A DNA stretch of 64,000 bases from Glaucostegus cemiculus (taxonomy: Eukaryota): contig CDPCPM010000021.1 in the NCBI GenBank assembly GCA_976551045.1, positions 1,116,001 to 1,180,000 of the forward strand, read 5' to 3'. Each line of letters opens with the position of its first letter. Within the stretch, counting starts at the first letter, position 1. Both the position numbers and the translations under genes were made by a program. Below the pieces are notes generated by a model. That model was not told where the DNA came from. It made no database searches and saw only the letters and a list, made by a program, of their open reading frames with translations. Shown here piece after piece: positions 40,590 through 53,725 of the stretch.

Positions 40590-41390
40590 ATCTGAAACAA
40601 AAGCAGAAAATGCTGAACACTTCCAGCATCAGTGGGGAGAGAAACTTTGGGTCAAGCACCTCAACAGAACTGGAAAAGTGAGAAGACAAGTGTGTTCAAA
40701 GTTTCAGGGGGTGGGGGAAGAGAAAGAGTAGAAATAGATATCGGTCAAAGGTTGCAGGCAAAAGTTGTCAAGATAACAATTACAAGCTGTCCCTGGGTCA
40801 TGGACACCTGACTGATGGACAATCCTATGTATGAACGAGCTCCCATAATATAATTAAATTCAAAAGTTCGACGTATGTACCTATGAAGAGCATAGTCACA
40901 GAAGTGATTGCAGATTACCCACTTTTAGTAATTGTTATTTCTGAGCAGCTTTATTTGCTTTCGATGCCATCCATTACAATACTATGGAGATATGTTTATC
41001 ATGTCGAGTCACTTTCGTGTATTTTTTGACTTATGGACAAAAATCGACTGATGGACGCCTGTAAAAATGGAATCCGTTCGTTACCTGGGGATGGTCTGTG
41101 CTTTAAAACTGGCATTTTGAGACAGAAAGGAAAAATGAAGCAAATTGAAAAAGAAAGGTACAGCCATATCAGTAAAGACAGGGTAAAAAAAGAGATTCAT
41201 CTGAAATTGTTAAATTCAATATTCAATCCTAATGCCGATAGCGTGCCCAGGAAGAAGACGAGTTGATGTTGAGCTTATGCTGGGCATCTTTTCAGCAATA
41301 TAGAAGGCTGATGAACAAGAAGTCAGAGTGGGAGTAGGACAGAGAATTAAAATGATCGGAGACTGGAAGTCCCAGGCCACCCTTGTATGC
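40590..41390 (-). mobile_element. Penelope-like element remnant (GIY-YIG C-terminus plus 3' terminus), split by a MITE
   Basis: Minus 41369-41198 translates LPVSDHFNSLSYSHSDFLFISLLYC*KDAQHKL / HQLVFFLGTLSALGLNIEFNNFR*, a typical Penelope endonuclease C-terminus; terminus aaagcagaaaatgctg at about 40600. Confidence 0.8.
40783..41098. mobile_element. Tigger/pogo-like (Tc1-mariner) non-autonomous MITE, about 316 bp
   Basis: Imperfect TIRs caagctgtccctgggtcatggac and revcomp cagaccatccccaggtaacgaac; flanks TA (40781-2) and TG (41099-100); internal repeats gactgatggac/gacttatggac. Confidence 0.7.
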
Positions 41391-44300
41391 TCTAAGAGTT
41401 ACTGAAAAGATAGGTTCAAATTTGGAAGTCTGACTTTATTTCAGACTTCCTGCATCTACAGTATTTTGGAAAATAACAGGCACATGGTGTTGACGATAAT
41501 TGTGCTCTGTTTTTTGACAGGTTACTAGTTTGCTTGTTACCGCATTATTTATGAATGAACAGTCATCCAAAACTCCCAGCCCCCACCTCACCCTGCCACC
41601 CACTCTCCCAAACAAGCAGATACAATTACAGCCAGGCTCCGAAATAGCAGCCACGAAACAGCAGCTCCTGGCCACTGCTAGCACACGTCAGACTGCAAGA
41701 GAAATGTGAAAGGTTGAAGAGCTCAGCAAAATTTTTACATGCAGGATGAGGCCAAAGCAAAACTCACACGCCATCGCCAATTGTGGACGGCAGATCATCT
41801 ATCAGTGGACAAATGCAGGAACTTTGGAATGCAAGTTCTCAAATGAAATAATATATCTTTTAAAAGCCAATGCCCATTTCAGGCCCAAAGCCCATACATC
41901 AAGCCACAGGCGCTTGTGGATACACTTTAGAGTCATTAACCTTACACCTGTCTACTCTTGTCCTTCACCATGATCCCCTGCCCTTGATTTTATTTTCACT
42001 CCCTGTTCATCTTCCTACTCTGTAATATAAAACAGAGGGGCTTGTAGAATAATTCAAAGCCAGTGGAGCAGGGACATAGTTACAAATCTCTGCCACGAGC
42101 ACAGTGACGGTGAAAGGCAGTTTGTCAGTTCTGCACCAGGTGACCTTTGTGACACAGACACGAGGTGAAAATATTGTCAGTGAGTAAAACAACGGACTGC
42201 TGGGTCTCTGATTAAATAATTAACTCCTTTGTAGAAATGGCTGCAGAGCAGATGTCATTAATACATACATTTTTTAAAAAGCAGGAACCAATGTCAAGTT
42301 TGAGCCAACTAATTCTCACCTACACAGGCTATACTGGATATAAACTAGAGAAAGATACATTAGGCAATCTTAACCCTTTCAGTGTCCCACATGCCAAATA
42401 CATTCCTAAAGATTGAATTGTTGCTTTTGGACAGCAGCTGAAGGACTCCCATTGTCTCTTGACCTGTCTGAGAGAATAGCATCAATTCAGGGCTGCTCAT
42501 AAACTGACTTTATTGTTTATGCAGACCATGGATGTTGTTGCAAGACTACCAGAGTTGAAGACACTCTTGCAGCATTGGCTGAAACTTCTCCCCTCCTCAG
42601 TATTAAATACCTGGCATGCATTTTGCATTGTTTTCCTCAGTGCCAGCATATGCTCGGGGATTCACATTAGGCATCAGCAGGTGCCTAAGCCCTCTGTCTG
42701 CTATTTTCACAGGGAAGCTGTCACGAGTAGGGAAGCTTTGTACACTGAGCTGTGAACCTGATTGATTAAATGGAAGCCTGAGATGCTCCAATAATCTCCC
42801 ATAACCACTACCACCCTCACTCTGCTTAAACTGTGGCTATAACTCCGTAAGGTAATTGATTTAGAGATGCTTTAATTAATTTCCAGAGCTTAAAAATACA
42901 AACACAACTAACTTTAATTATTCAAAGCATATAAAGCAATCCTCTCTTGGATGAAAATATGAAAGCATTCACATAGCACCTTTCATATTCACTTCTGGAC
43001 TTCCAAAGCACATTACAGGAAATACTGAATGAGTTAATGGCATTCCTGTTTCAAACACTTAAATATAACCCAACAGCAGAAAACAGATCTAATGCACACA
43101 CTGTCATTGCCAACTAACTCAGTTATAAGGCCATTAGTTAACAACCTTGGAGTAGATTTTCCTATTCCCGCTCTTGGTTGCATTTGGCTTCCCGAGATGG
43201 AATCAAAGAAGAAATTCTGAATGCATTCTCATAATGGATTCTTCACAATATTCCACCCATTTAAACTAATGGATGGAAAGGGGTGGTCTGCATTAAGGAT
43301 GCACTCACCCTTGTTGAATCTCCTTCACAACCAGTCCCAACGTCTGCTGGATTAGGTACCTGGAAATAAATGAATAACACCCTCCCTAACCTACCCCAGC
43401 AACATGTCCTAACTTCTGAAAGGCACCTAAATTGCATCAATTTAACTAGTATATCCGATTCCCAGATCTACTCTCATATGGGCTTCTCTGAGTGGGAGTG
43501 CACAGTTAGAGATTAGGGAGAGCAAAAGACTGAGACTAACCATACTCATTTCACATTGTGTCCTTCATGGCAGCAGTCAACTGGTTTGAAATCCTAGTCC
43601 AGAAATGTCAGCCCTTTGAATGCAGACATTTACCTTAGTGTAATAATGCCCCTACTAAGCCAGTAAGCAAAGGCATGCCATATGAAAAAAATAAGCATTT
43701 CACAAACAATATCTCCAGCATAAATTATCTGAACATCCTACTTGCTGTCATAGATTGCTACAGAACTTAGAGACAAATATTTTTTCAGGTAACAGGTTTT
43801 CATTTATAACTGAATAACTAGACTCATCATTTACACTCTTAATACTATATGTTATAATATGTTATGTATATCTGCTGCAAAGAATAATAGCTAGAAATTG
43901 GATTTCACCCATTTTTGGTGTCTGGACAAGCATTACATTTTGCTCTGTTGCCAAATCAGGTTTCACTAAAAGTAATAGTAAAAGTGGGATACACTTGCTT
44001 TTTGAAATTGTTTTTGTTCTTTCTTCCCTTTAAGAAAGGTTTAAACCCAATATTGGCAATTCAGTAGGCAGCTGCTGTGTTATTCAGGGTTCCATGGAGA
44101 AATGGGGATGAGATGATTGTGGCAAACTGGGGGGGGGGGGAACTGGGGGGGGGGCAGATAATGGAAAACGGGGCTGTAAGTGCACGTGGGTGGAGAACCA
44201 ATGGCAAAAGGTGCTCTGTACTGTGTGTGGCCCCAGGTCCTGATGATATCTGTGCCACAGACCAAGGCTCCTGAGACCTGAAGACATCAGAACAAGGAGG

Positions 44301-45264
44301 ATTTGATCTGTGCTCGGCATGGCTGGTGGTGGGATTTTTAAAGTATTAGACTGAGGGAGATTTATAAAATGTAAAAGTGACGTCCCGTAGGGAACACTTC
44401 AAATGGCGCATCATTCACTACTTTCAGCATGATGTACTATTTTTTTTTTGAGAGTTAATAACATAGGTTGTGACTTTTTGATCCAATTTCTGTTGGCAAG
44501 TAAATAATGAAATAATGGGTGATGGGCATATTGATGACATCATCTTGAGCGAATTCCAGTGGAAAATGACACCTGCATTAGGGTGAATCATGACAGGAAG
44601 TTCCTGATCATGATGTCTCAATATGAAGTGGTTTCAAGCACTTCAGAACATACAGAAAATACACTTGCTGAGAGATTTACACATAAAACAGATAAAAGCA
44701 GGTCTAACTTCCAGGCATACAGGACCACATGCAGGTATTCCTCTGGTATCAAACATAAAGTGAATAGAATTTGTGACTGGGCAACAGCTGTAGAAAATTG
44801 TGCCCTGTCACAATATTCAATAGAACAGACTTAAAACCGTGAAATTATCAAAACTTTCTCCTCAGATAATGTCCTTCACAACAGGAAAATCACAGAGAAA
44901 TTCACTGAACAGCATCACATGCTGCACCAAGGATTTTGGATTATTAGCTATTACTCAGATTGTGCAGGCATGGAATATGGACTATTCGTCAAACCTCAAG
45001 AACATTGAAAAGTCATGTCAAAATCAGTAAACAATAAGAAGTGATAGTTATCATTCATAATCAGTCTGTGGGAATCCTGATCCAAGTAGAAAGTTGCATT
45101 CATCTATGGAGCACAGATGAAGCATCTCAAAATTGAGAAAAATCAAAGCACACCACTTCTAGTACTGACTTTACTGAAAGGCAACAAAACTCTGATAATT
45201 CACTATCCACTTGATTGGAATTGTCAATCATTTAGCATCTAGCTCTTCAGGTGATATTTCTCCT

Positions 45265-45505
45265 GCTCCCTTTAAATTCACAGGGATGCCATTCCAGGGC
45301 CCCTTCTTGTGCCTCCTTGAAATTCACTGAGGTCCTGCTTCCCATGGCTCCTTGAAACTCGTAGGGCCCTGTTTCTCACATTCCCTTTAAATTCACTGGG
45401 GTACTGTTTCCCATAGTCTATTTAAATTCATTGGGGCCCTATTCCATGTGCTCCCTTTAGACTCATCAGAACCCATTGCCTAGAGTCCCTTGAAATTTAC
45501 TGGAT
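45265..45505. repeat. Degenerate minisatellite, unit about 34-35 bp, about 7 copies
   Basis: Recurrent ctccctttaaattcactgggg(t/c)cctgtttcccat at about 45267, 45312, 45347, 45381, 45416, 45451 and 45486. Confidence 0.85.
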
Positions 45506-47061
45506 TCAATGGAAAGGTTATTATACTATGGTGGATTACCTCAAACAGAGTGAATTGTTACATGCAATCTACCAGTCCAATACTTCCAAAGTCCTGAGCA
45601 TGCTAGATTAATACTCTTACTATAAGTGTTACTATTGGAGAAAGTGGTTGAAAGCATCTGAAGTCTCTGATCTGTATATGTAACTGCAAATACAGAAATA
45701 ATTTAGGCTAGAAACATCACCTGGTCCATTTTGAAAACAGGAGGCAGAATTTGTAAAGACCTTGGTTGGTTACACTTTTTGATTTGTTCTTTGATCATAA
45801 ATCTATTTTTTTCTTATGGAATTAATCATGGATTGCCTCCCAAATTCCCATATACCCTGTTGTTGAGAGTGAGACCATTTAGCAATTCTCAATGTTTTCA
45901 TTTACACAGAACTCTGCTAGAACACAGCTCACTAAAGGAGACATGAAATTAAGCCAAGTAACAAACAGTAACGTAAAGCAGGAAAATGATTCTATGATAT
46001 CAGTCAGTGGGATTCTTGCCTTTGAGTTTGAAGTAGTAGGTTTATGCTTGTTCCAGGCATTAAGCTGATACTCTGGTTTAGATTATGGACTGCATTCTTG
46101 CAGCAATTTTGTCCTCAGCTGTTAAATCAAGGTCTCGTTTGCCTGTTTAAATGAATGTTAAACATTCCATGACACTATTCAATGAGCCCTTTCTAACACC
46201 AACCATCCTGAGTGCACTTTAATGAGAAAGCCAATTAAACTCAAATTAGGACCAACTTTATTAAATAGGGTCCACATGGAACTGGATTGAGTCCATTTAT
46301 ACTCAATGAGAGCAGACCTTAAAACAGAACAGTTGGCTGAAAATAGCTAGGCATTTTGCAACCTGAAAGCTTAGTTGTGATGCCTGGCAAGTGAGAAAAC
46401 CCCTAGCTCTCTGCGGATCTCCCTTTAAACAATGAGCTACCCCATAATGGCAAGTTCTTCTTCTCAGGCAAGGATCACTCCCTTGCGTTGTTTCCAGTCT
46501 TTTAAACAAATACAAAATGGGAAGAGTGCCATAGCTGGTGACAACAAGCTGTATTGTCCCAAGAACATCTGTTTCCGTCTCTCAGGCAGATACATGCAGT
46601 GAGTGTGAGTGCTGGGGCCTGGGCTGGATCAGCCACAAACACTGCAGGGCAGCAGAAAGAACTGAAAATTGTTGGCATTACATCTGGCTGAGCAATCTGC
46701 AGCCAATCCACACAGGAAAACCCCTTTAAAACATGACATATTCATTCTGTTTGATTTACGTTGCATTGCCTTTTTTTTCTCTCTCCCAGGACCCTGTCTT
46801 GATTCCAAATCACTTTTGATCCCAGCCCACAGTTTCAACTGACCAACTAATTTTCCGTTCACTTCCATTGGACGGCATTCCTAATCCAGGCAGCACATAT
46901 ACAATCAGAAATCTGATCTAGGCACAAAATATTCTGCAACTATTCAGGGCTCAGACACACTTGGCAAGCTGAGCATTGTTAGATCTGTACAGTAAATGTC
47001 AGTCACCAAGCACATCATCAGTACTTAGCCCTGCTTTTTGTCATGAAGTTGTTATTTAGAT

Positions 47062-47260
47062 TTATTTATAAAGTGCCCTTAACATCTTCAGGATGTCCCA
47101 AATCACTTCACAGCCAAAAGGACTATTATGCAGGCAAATGAGGCAGCCAGCTTGTGCGCAGCAAGGTCCCAAGATAGCAGTGGGATAAAACAGGAATCAT
47201 TCTGTTTACTCCTGGTATTGTTTGAAGGAGAATATTGGCCTCGAATGTTCTGGGAAATCA
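47062..47260 (-). mobile_element. Deu-domain SINE 3' part
   Basis: atttataaagtgccct..caggatgtcccaaatcacttcacagccaa..gcagccagcttgtgcgcagcaaggtccca. Confidence 0.8.
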
Positions 47261-47489
47261 TAGCCAGTGAGTCTAACATCTGTAGATAAAATGTCAAAAG
47301 ACTTAAGAAATATGAAACACCTAGGGAAAAACATAAGGAGGAGAAGGGGAAAGAGGGCATTTGGCCACTCAAATTTGCTCAGTGAGATCCCAGAGTCATA
47401 GTGTCACAGACTGGTTGATCCATGTTCCCATATTATTCCCACATTTCCTTGGTGCCTAAACAAAATTCTGTTAGTGCCCAAAAAGTCAG

Positions 47490-47885
47490 CACTATTTTAA
47501 GGAAGGGAGATCAAGCTTGGCAAAATAGAATTCTTTGAAGGTTAGATAAAAAGAAAACCAGGCCCTTGACTGTCAGGAATGACTGGCTTTATTTAACAAC
47601 AGGCCCTGGAGATACTGGATCTCATTTTATTACAGCAATGAGGGTTAAAAGCAGATCTGATAGAGGTGATCAAAGGTTTTGATAGAGTAAGTCAGGAAAT
47701 ATTACCAATCAGATTAGCAGAACAATAAGATACAGTAATTTGTTCTGAGTCAGAGCTGTTAAACATGAGGTGCCGATCATAAAAAAAAATCATAAAGTTT
47801 TAAAAGAAAAAGTGGATAGCTCTTTTAGAGGATTGGTATTGGCTTGATAGACCAAATGTAGTCCTGTAACTCATTGTCTATGGAC
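47490..47885 (+). mobile_element. CR1 3' fragment, very old
   Basis: gagggttaaaagcagatctgatagaggtgatcaaaggttttgatagagta (RL.xDLIEV.KGFDRV-like) and a tail-like ggcttgatagaccaaatg. Confidence 0.55.
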
Positions 47886-48992
47886 CCACTTTCTGCAGAA
47901 GAGCAACAAATAATGAGCGAGGTTTCTCACAGGATGCCTTTGTGTGTAATTTCATAGAATAACCTCAGTACTACAAAAACAAGGAGTCAGTTGTACCTTA
48001 GCAGGAAGCACTCGAGCCTCTGAGTCACAAAGCTGTACAGCGAAATACCGTCGCAGACACTCAAGTGCAAAATTTAGGTTGATTTTCCAATGCTGTGCCA
48101 AGGGAGTTACTTGTCCTTGGATGATTATGCTTTATTTGAACAGAAGCAAATTTTAGAAGCAAAGGACAAAGCACAGCTGCCCATTGTCATAATTTTGGTT
48201 GGTTCAAGTTAGGCATCATCAATTGCAATTTTAGCACAAGCAGATTAATTTCTACCTCTTTGGATGCCAATATGGCTGTAACACTTTCCACATTCATTGA
48301 ACAGCAAAAGCTCTTCATGAGCTGAGTAACGGCTACTTAACTGCAATTTCTTCTTTATTTCAGACTATGATTTGTGGAAATACACCAGGCTGATGTTGTC
48401 AGGCAAAGGTACAGTAAGAAAGCATCAATAATGTTCCAGCAGCTGATGGCGATCAACATAGCAACAAGCTACTGCTCGGCAACCAAATTACAGCTTTAAC
48501 TGTATTAAAACATCAAATCAAGAACTACTGGGTCTGTGCTAGGAATTCCATCCGCTTTATTGGTCTCCCTGCACATGTGTTAAAATTTTGAGCTTCCTTG
48601 ATAGGTTAAGGCTTATTTTAGGGAGACTGATTTGAAATTTTGATTGTCCATGCACAGAGCCATGGTCTGCTCTAAACCACTCACCTAATCTCATGCCTCA
48701 TGGTTATATGCAAGTTTCTATGCTACTTTTACAAACAGAGTTTTAGTAATGAATATCAGTCTTTCCATTAAAGCTGATGTTTTATGTATTCTAAGCCGTA
48801 CTGTGCTCATATCCTTTTTTACAGAAACAACTGCTTGTGTCCAGTCATTCTCAATGTCTGGTTACAGACTTCAGCCCTCTTTCATAGCACTTAGCTCATT
48901 AGGTTATTACATAGCACTGTGCAAACATGAATTAATGAACTTATACTAATAATTTTTGGGGTTTACACCAACATCAATAGCAGACAAGATTA

Positions 48993-49165
48993 AAACAATG
49001 CTGGAACTAATCAGCAGGTCAAGCAGCATCTGTAGAAAAGTTACCAAGTTAATATTTCAGGTCAGTGACCTTTCATCAATTCAAAATTATTGACCTGAAA
49101 TGTGAGTTCTGTTTTCTCCCCTCCTGACGTATTTTGGATTTCCAGCAGATTTGTGTTTTCAGATT
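48993..49165. mobile_element. Foldback pair of Penelope-like termini with hammerhead remnant
   Basis: tgctggaactaatcagcaggtcaagcagcatctgtag..atttcaggtcagtgacctttcatcaa, then tgacctgaaatg..atttccagca. The minus strand reads TTGATGA A AGGTC act GACCT GAAA TATT aac. Confidence 0.75.
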
Positions 49166-49169
49166 ATAA

Positions 49170-49570
49170 TACTCTTGGTTCTAAATCAGAAAATTATTTG
49201 TTCAAGTCTCATTACAGAGATTTGAGTACAAATTCTAGGCTGACACACCACAGAGGTAATGGAGAAAGGGCTGTCATAAATATTGTCTTTTGGACAAGAT
49301 GCCAAGCCATGAACCAGTTTGCTTTCTCAGGTGGATGTAAAAAACACATTTTAAGAAGAACAGGATGTCTTACCCAGTGTCTTTACTGAGACGTTTATCC
49401 CTCAGTAAAACAGATTTATCTCCTCATCATCATACTGCTGCTTACTGAACTTGCTCTATGCATTTAGAATATTATGTTTCCCTCTATTACAATGGTGGCA
49501 CCATTTCATTGGCTATAAGGATTCTGGGACATCATGGAAAATACTATTTGGATAAAATCTTTTCTCTTTT
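49170..49570 (+). mobile_element. Deu-domain SINE, nearly full length, old
   Basis: tRNA-like head remnant ..tcagaaaattatttgttcaagtctc, then gagtacaaattctaggctgacac, ctcaggtggatgtaaaa, tttatccctcag..aaacagatttatct and cattggctataagg. Confidence 0.75.
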
Positions 49571-50191
49571 TACCATTTTGTTTTTACCTGATGCAAACAG
49601 AAAAACTTGCTTTGACATTTTACTGAGTTTAGTTCATCCATACTTGGTATAAACTCAAACTTTTGAAATGTTTCTTCCTTTCTTGTTATTAAGATGAATC
49701 CTATTAATTGGTTCCATTTGTCCAATACAAAATTCAAAGTCCTATTAAATTTTATTAAAAATTTAAATTTAAAATCATGAAATCAAGCATCCCTTTCTCC
49801 TGAATTGGCTTCAGAGCAAATATACACAAATGAATAATTTTTCTGCAAAATCTGGCTGTTGGGTTCACTACCGCTACATTTGATTGCATCCTCACCCAGT
49901 TCTTTTATCCCTGGTCATAGGAAGATGTATGGTTGTATTTAACATTTCTGTGCATTAGCAAGGATACTAAAATAAAAGATCCAACTTAAAGTAAAGAGTT
50001 TTTATTATAGCAATGTCACACCAGGCAGTGCAACTTTGGTAAAAATAAAGAGGGAATAGCCATTGGTGATGGAAAACCAAGCAAACAAGTGCAAACACTT
50101 TTCTAAAGCTGGCCCATTTAAAGTTATAAATAGGGGAGTTTCTGTGGAAATTCAGAAACCAGTCCAAATGCACAGTTAGATTTGAACAATG

Positions 50192-50282
50192 GAGACTGCA
50201 GATGGAATATGGAGCAACACACTAGATGCTGGAGGAACTCAATGGGTCAGGCAGCATCAATGGAGGGAAATGGACAGTCAGG
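50192..50282 (-). mobile_element. Penelope-like terminus fragment
   Basis: gactgcagatggaatatggagcaacac..tgctggaggaactcaatgggtcaggcagcatcaatggagggaaatggacagtca is the reverse complement of about 36575-36665. Confidence 0.75.
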
Positions 50283-51399
50283 TGCTGGAAAATGCCAATG
50301 TTTAATGGTATGAAATGGGCACACTGGGTCAATACCAATTGCCATTTGCTGGCAGTGTGAAGCTAGCAGAACTGTCTGCCACCTTTGCACAAACATGGCC
50401 AACTAAGTACGGCTCACAAATCTCTTGTGTCACTGGCCTCTGGCATTGAAAGATAGAGAATGGGAATTAGGTGAGCCTTGCTGTCTCTGCAAAATTACTC
50501 AACACAAAGGCTGAGCCACTTGTCCATCTTGTCCATGACGATTCATAGGGTATGCTGCAATGGCTGAGAAGGGTATTGCTTTCTGACTATGGCAATATGG
50601 TGATACTTCAGAGTATCTCCAATGTGGAAATAGTCATGAGGCATTGCAATTATTATTAATACCTAACAACTAAGGATAGCAAAGAAACAGGATCACCTGG
50701 AGTTACTGTTCCTGTTTTGCATCCCATCTAACTGCTGGGTGGAAGATACAGATTTGTGGATTGCAGATGAAGCCATTATTAGTGTCAACCTCTACAGTAA
50801 TCCTACACTGGGGCCTAGAGATTCACCCCACCCAACACTACCTCACTTACTGAAGGCTTCTGTGACAACAGCAGTGAGACAATCCTCAGTCTTGATTCAC
50901 TGGTAACTCTGTGTACTGCATGACCCATTGCCCAGTTTAAATCTCACCATTTGGGTCATAACCCCAGTTTCTCATATTCAAAAATGAACATGTCCAAACC
51001 TCGAGGTCCTGCTCATCCTGCTAGATCATTGTGGATGGTTTCTTGGGTGAGGTGCTAAAGGCGTTAATACCAGCTGTGGAACTGCAGGCAAGGAGAACCC
51101 ACAGTGTTAGGGAAGGAATGGGGAACAAATGTGAAACTAAAAAGCTACAACAGCTCCAGGCTTTCCACAATGTTGGTGAGACATGAACTCCAGCAGATAA
51201 TCCTAATTACAGCAGTGTTTTTAAAGATTGGTGCAAGGCGAAGGGAAGGTGGGGTGAGAGTGGAGTAGTGGAAATTGAGATGCCAGGACTGAGAGACCTT
51301 GTTCCCCTTCTTGGATGATGTAAGGAATCCCATGGCATTATTTGAAAAGGAGCAGAGGGGAGGTTTCCCCCACTCCTGATCTATAGTTAGAGTAGTTTG

Positions 51400-52080
51400 G
51401 GAAGTCAAGTAGGGGTGGAACATATACACTAAATGAATGTTATATAAGGAATGTTGACAAACGGAGGGATGCAGGTCCATTATGGCCTGAAAGTGGCAAC
51501 ACAGATCGATAGGGTGAAGAATTAGTTCAGGGCATACAATATAAAAGTTGGGACTTTGCAACTTTACAAAATACCAGTTAGACGGCACTTGGGAGTATTG
51601 TGTGTCTGATTGCCACACTATAAGAAGGATGTGGTTTCACTGGAGAGAGTGCAGAGGAGATTCACCAGGATATTGTCTGGATTGGAGGACTTTAGTTATG
51701 GGGAATTAATAGATAGGCTAGGTTTGTTTTCCCTGGAGTGAAAGAGGCTGAGTGGTGACCTGATAAGGTATATAAAATGTTAAGAGATATAGATTGGGTA
51801 AATAGAAGCTTTTTCCCATAGCAAGGGTGTTAAAAACAACAGAGCATAGGTTTACAGTGAGAGGAAGGAGTTATAAACGAGATTTGAAGGGCAAGTTCTT
51901 TTTCTTTTTACACAGCAAGTGGCTGATGTGTGGAACTCACTGTCAGAGGAGATGGTGGAGTCAGATAAAAACACTATGCTTAGGAATATGGATCTAATAC
52001 AGGAAAATGGGATTAATGTAAATGGGCAAAAAGGTCACATGGATGTGGTGGGCCAAAGGGCCTGTTCCTGTGCTTTATGA
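51400..52080 (+). mobile_element. CR1 LINE 3' fragment, close relative of 1-1312
   Basis: gcaactttacaaa, ggagagagtgcagaggagattcaccaggat, gagcataggtt..gtgagaggaaggagtt and tggtgggccaaagggcc are shared almost verbatim with the copy at 727-1290. Confidence 0.92.
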
Positions 52081-52084
52081 ATAA

Positions 52085-52260
52085 AACCAAAACAGATAAA
52101 CTATCATTTTGTTTTATTGCTGCTGCGGGACCTTGTTGTATGCATTGGCAGCTGTGTGTCTTCCAGTACAACTATGGTTACTGAAGGATACTTTGTAATG
52201 TGCTTTGGCACAATCTGGTGTCAGGAAAGGTGCTAGGAAAGTGCAAGAATTTCTTTTACT
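52085..52260 (+). mobile_element. Deu-domain SINE 3' part
   Basis: aaaacagataaac..attgctgctgcgggaccttgttgtatgcattggcagctg..gaaaggtgctaggaaagtgcaag. Confidence 0.7.
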
Positions 52261-52480
52261 TTCAAACACAAAGCTGCTTTGTGCCTCAGAATCACCAAGA
52301 AAAAAACTAATGAATGATAAAGAATTGAGTAATTACTGTTAACTGCTAAATCACCACTTTACTGTTTTTGACTAATGTGGATCAACATGAAAATGCACCA
52401 ATATTTAACCCTCCTGAAAACTGCTGTCTTTTGTGACATTTTGTTTTTAGCAAATATCAGCAAAGCTTGAAGATACAAGG

Positions 52481-52578
52481 GAGACACAACAGACTGCAGA
52501 TGCTGGAGCAACACACAAAGTACTGGAGGAACTCAGTGGGTCGAGCGGCATCTGTGGGGGGGAATTCCCCCAGCAGAT
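52481..52578 (-). mobile_element. Penelope-like terminus fragment ending in a small hairpin
   Basis: gagacacaacagactgcagatgctggagcaacacacaaagtactggaggaactcagtgggtcgagcggcatctgtggggggg-aatt-cccccagcagat. Confidence 0.75.
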
Positions 52579-52789
52579 TGTTTGTTGTTTGAACGTACTA
52601 CTTTGTTTCAATGTGATCTCCTTGCTCTCTCTCTCTGCATTGGCAGATTATACATTGCTTTTCTGTATTTGTGCATAGAGACTGTAAACAAGATAGCTGA
52701 TCTGCTTGACTTGACTAGGGATGGATACAAGAACAATTGGTTTAAAACATTTCAAAACATAGTTTGCAGAACAAACCTGTTGCACACTG

Positions 52790-53050
52790 TCCTCTGCTAT
52801 ATTTCCCTCCATTTGGGATCTCTCCACATTTCCAATTCAGGGCACTTACACATCCCCAATTTTTATTGCTCCACCATTGATGTCCCTACCTACAGTTAAC
52901 TGGGTCCCAAAATCTGAAATTCTTTCCCTGAGCTTTGGCATTTCTTTTCCTTCTTTGAAGATGCTCCTTAAAACCTACCTCTTTGATCAAGCTTTTAGTC
53001 ACCTTTCTTTATATTTCCTCATATGGCTCTGTTTTTATATTTAAAAAATT
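52790..53050 (+). mobile_element. L2 LINE 3' fragment
   Basis: ctccaccattgatgtccctacctacag..cccaaaatctgaaattctttccctgag..ctccttaaaacctacctctttgatcaagcttttagtcacc (LLKTYLF). Confidence 0.8.
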
Positions 53051-53354
53051 ATGTGACTTATTTGATGATTCATCCACAAAGTACTTTGGGAAATGTTACT
53101 GTGTTGAAAGTTCATAAATACAAGCTTTTGTTCTGCATGGCTTCTGGGGAACACTGGGAATGATGTATCAAGACCAGTACAATACTTATCTTCCAGTGAC
53201 CAACTTAGGACAGTTTGTTTGTGCATACTCAGCTAAGAATAGCATCCTCTTCACTATATATTTATAGAGAGAGTACAATAAAGTTCCATCAGCAGAAAAG
53301 CAAGTAATATTTCCTGGCTTTACTTTGTTCCAAGTTTTTTTTAATTGCACTCTT

Positions 53355-53725
53355 TAGAACTTGCAATTCAGAAATTTACTGGATCTATAAAACAATATAA
53401 AGGGCTTTGCAGCCAAATGATACTCTACTGAAGAGCAGTTACTTCTGTAATGTAGGCTACGTGGCAGACAATTTGTGGACAGCAAGGATCCATTAACATG
53501 GACCAAATTATCTGTTTTTCTAAGTGATGTTGATTGTGGCATAAATGCAGTGGTATCAGAGAAAATTCTCCTACTCCAAAATAGCATTGTCGGATCACTT
53601 AGACCAGACATTTTCCTCCTTTAACAGTGTTCTTGAAGGATGGAACTGCAGAGAATGCAGCACTCCAAAGTATTGCATTGAAGTCCAGACTTTATAATGC
53701 ATTCTCTTGAGTGGGATGCAAACTC
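53355..53725 (-). mobile_element. Deu-domain SINE
   Basis: ctttgcagccaaatga..tgtaatgtagg..gcagacaatttgtggacagcaaggatccatt..atctgtttttctaagtgatgttgattgtggcataaat. Confidence 0.75.

Noticed and set aside
45265-45505. Possible CRISPR-like repeat-spacer array
   Set aside because: The repeats are degenerate, the intervening parts are homologous to each other, there are no cas genes and the context is vertebrate.
51145-51618. Longest ORF in the track (157 aa)
   Set aside because: It runs antisense through a CR1 fragment and a SINE core, with no protein-like signal.
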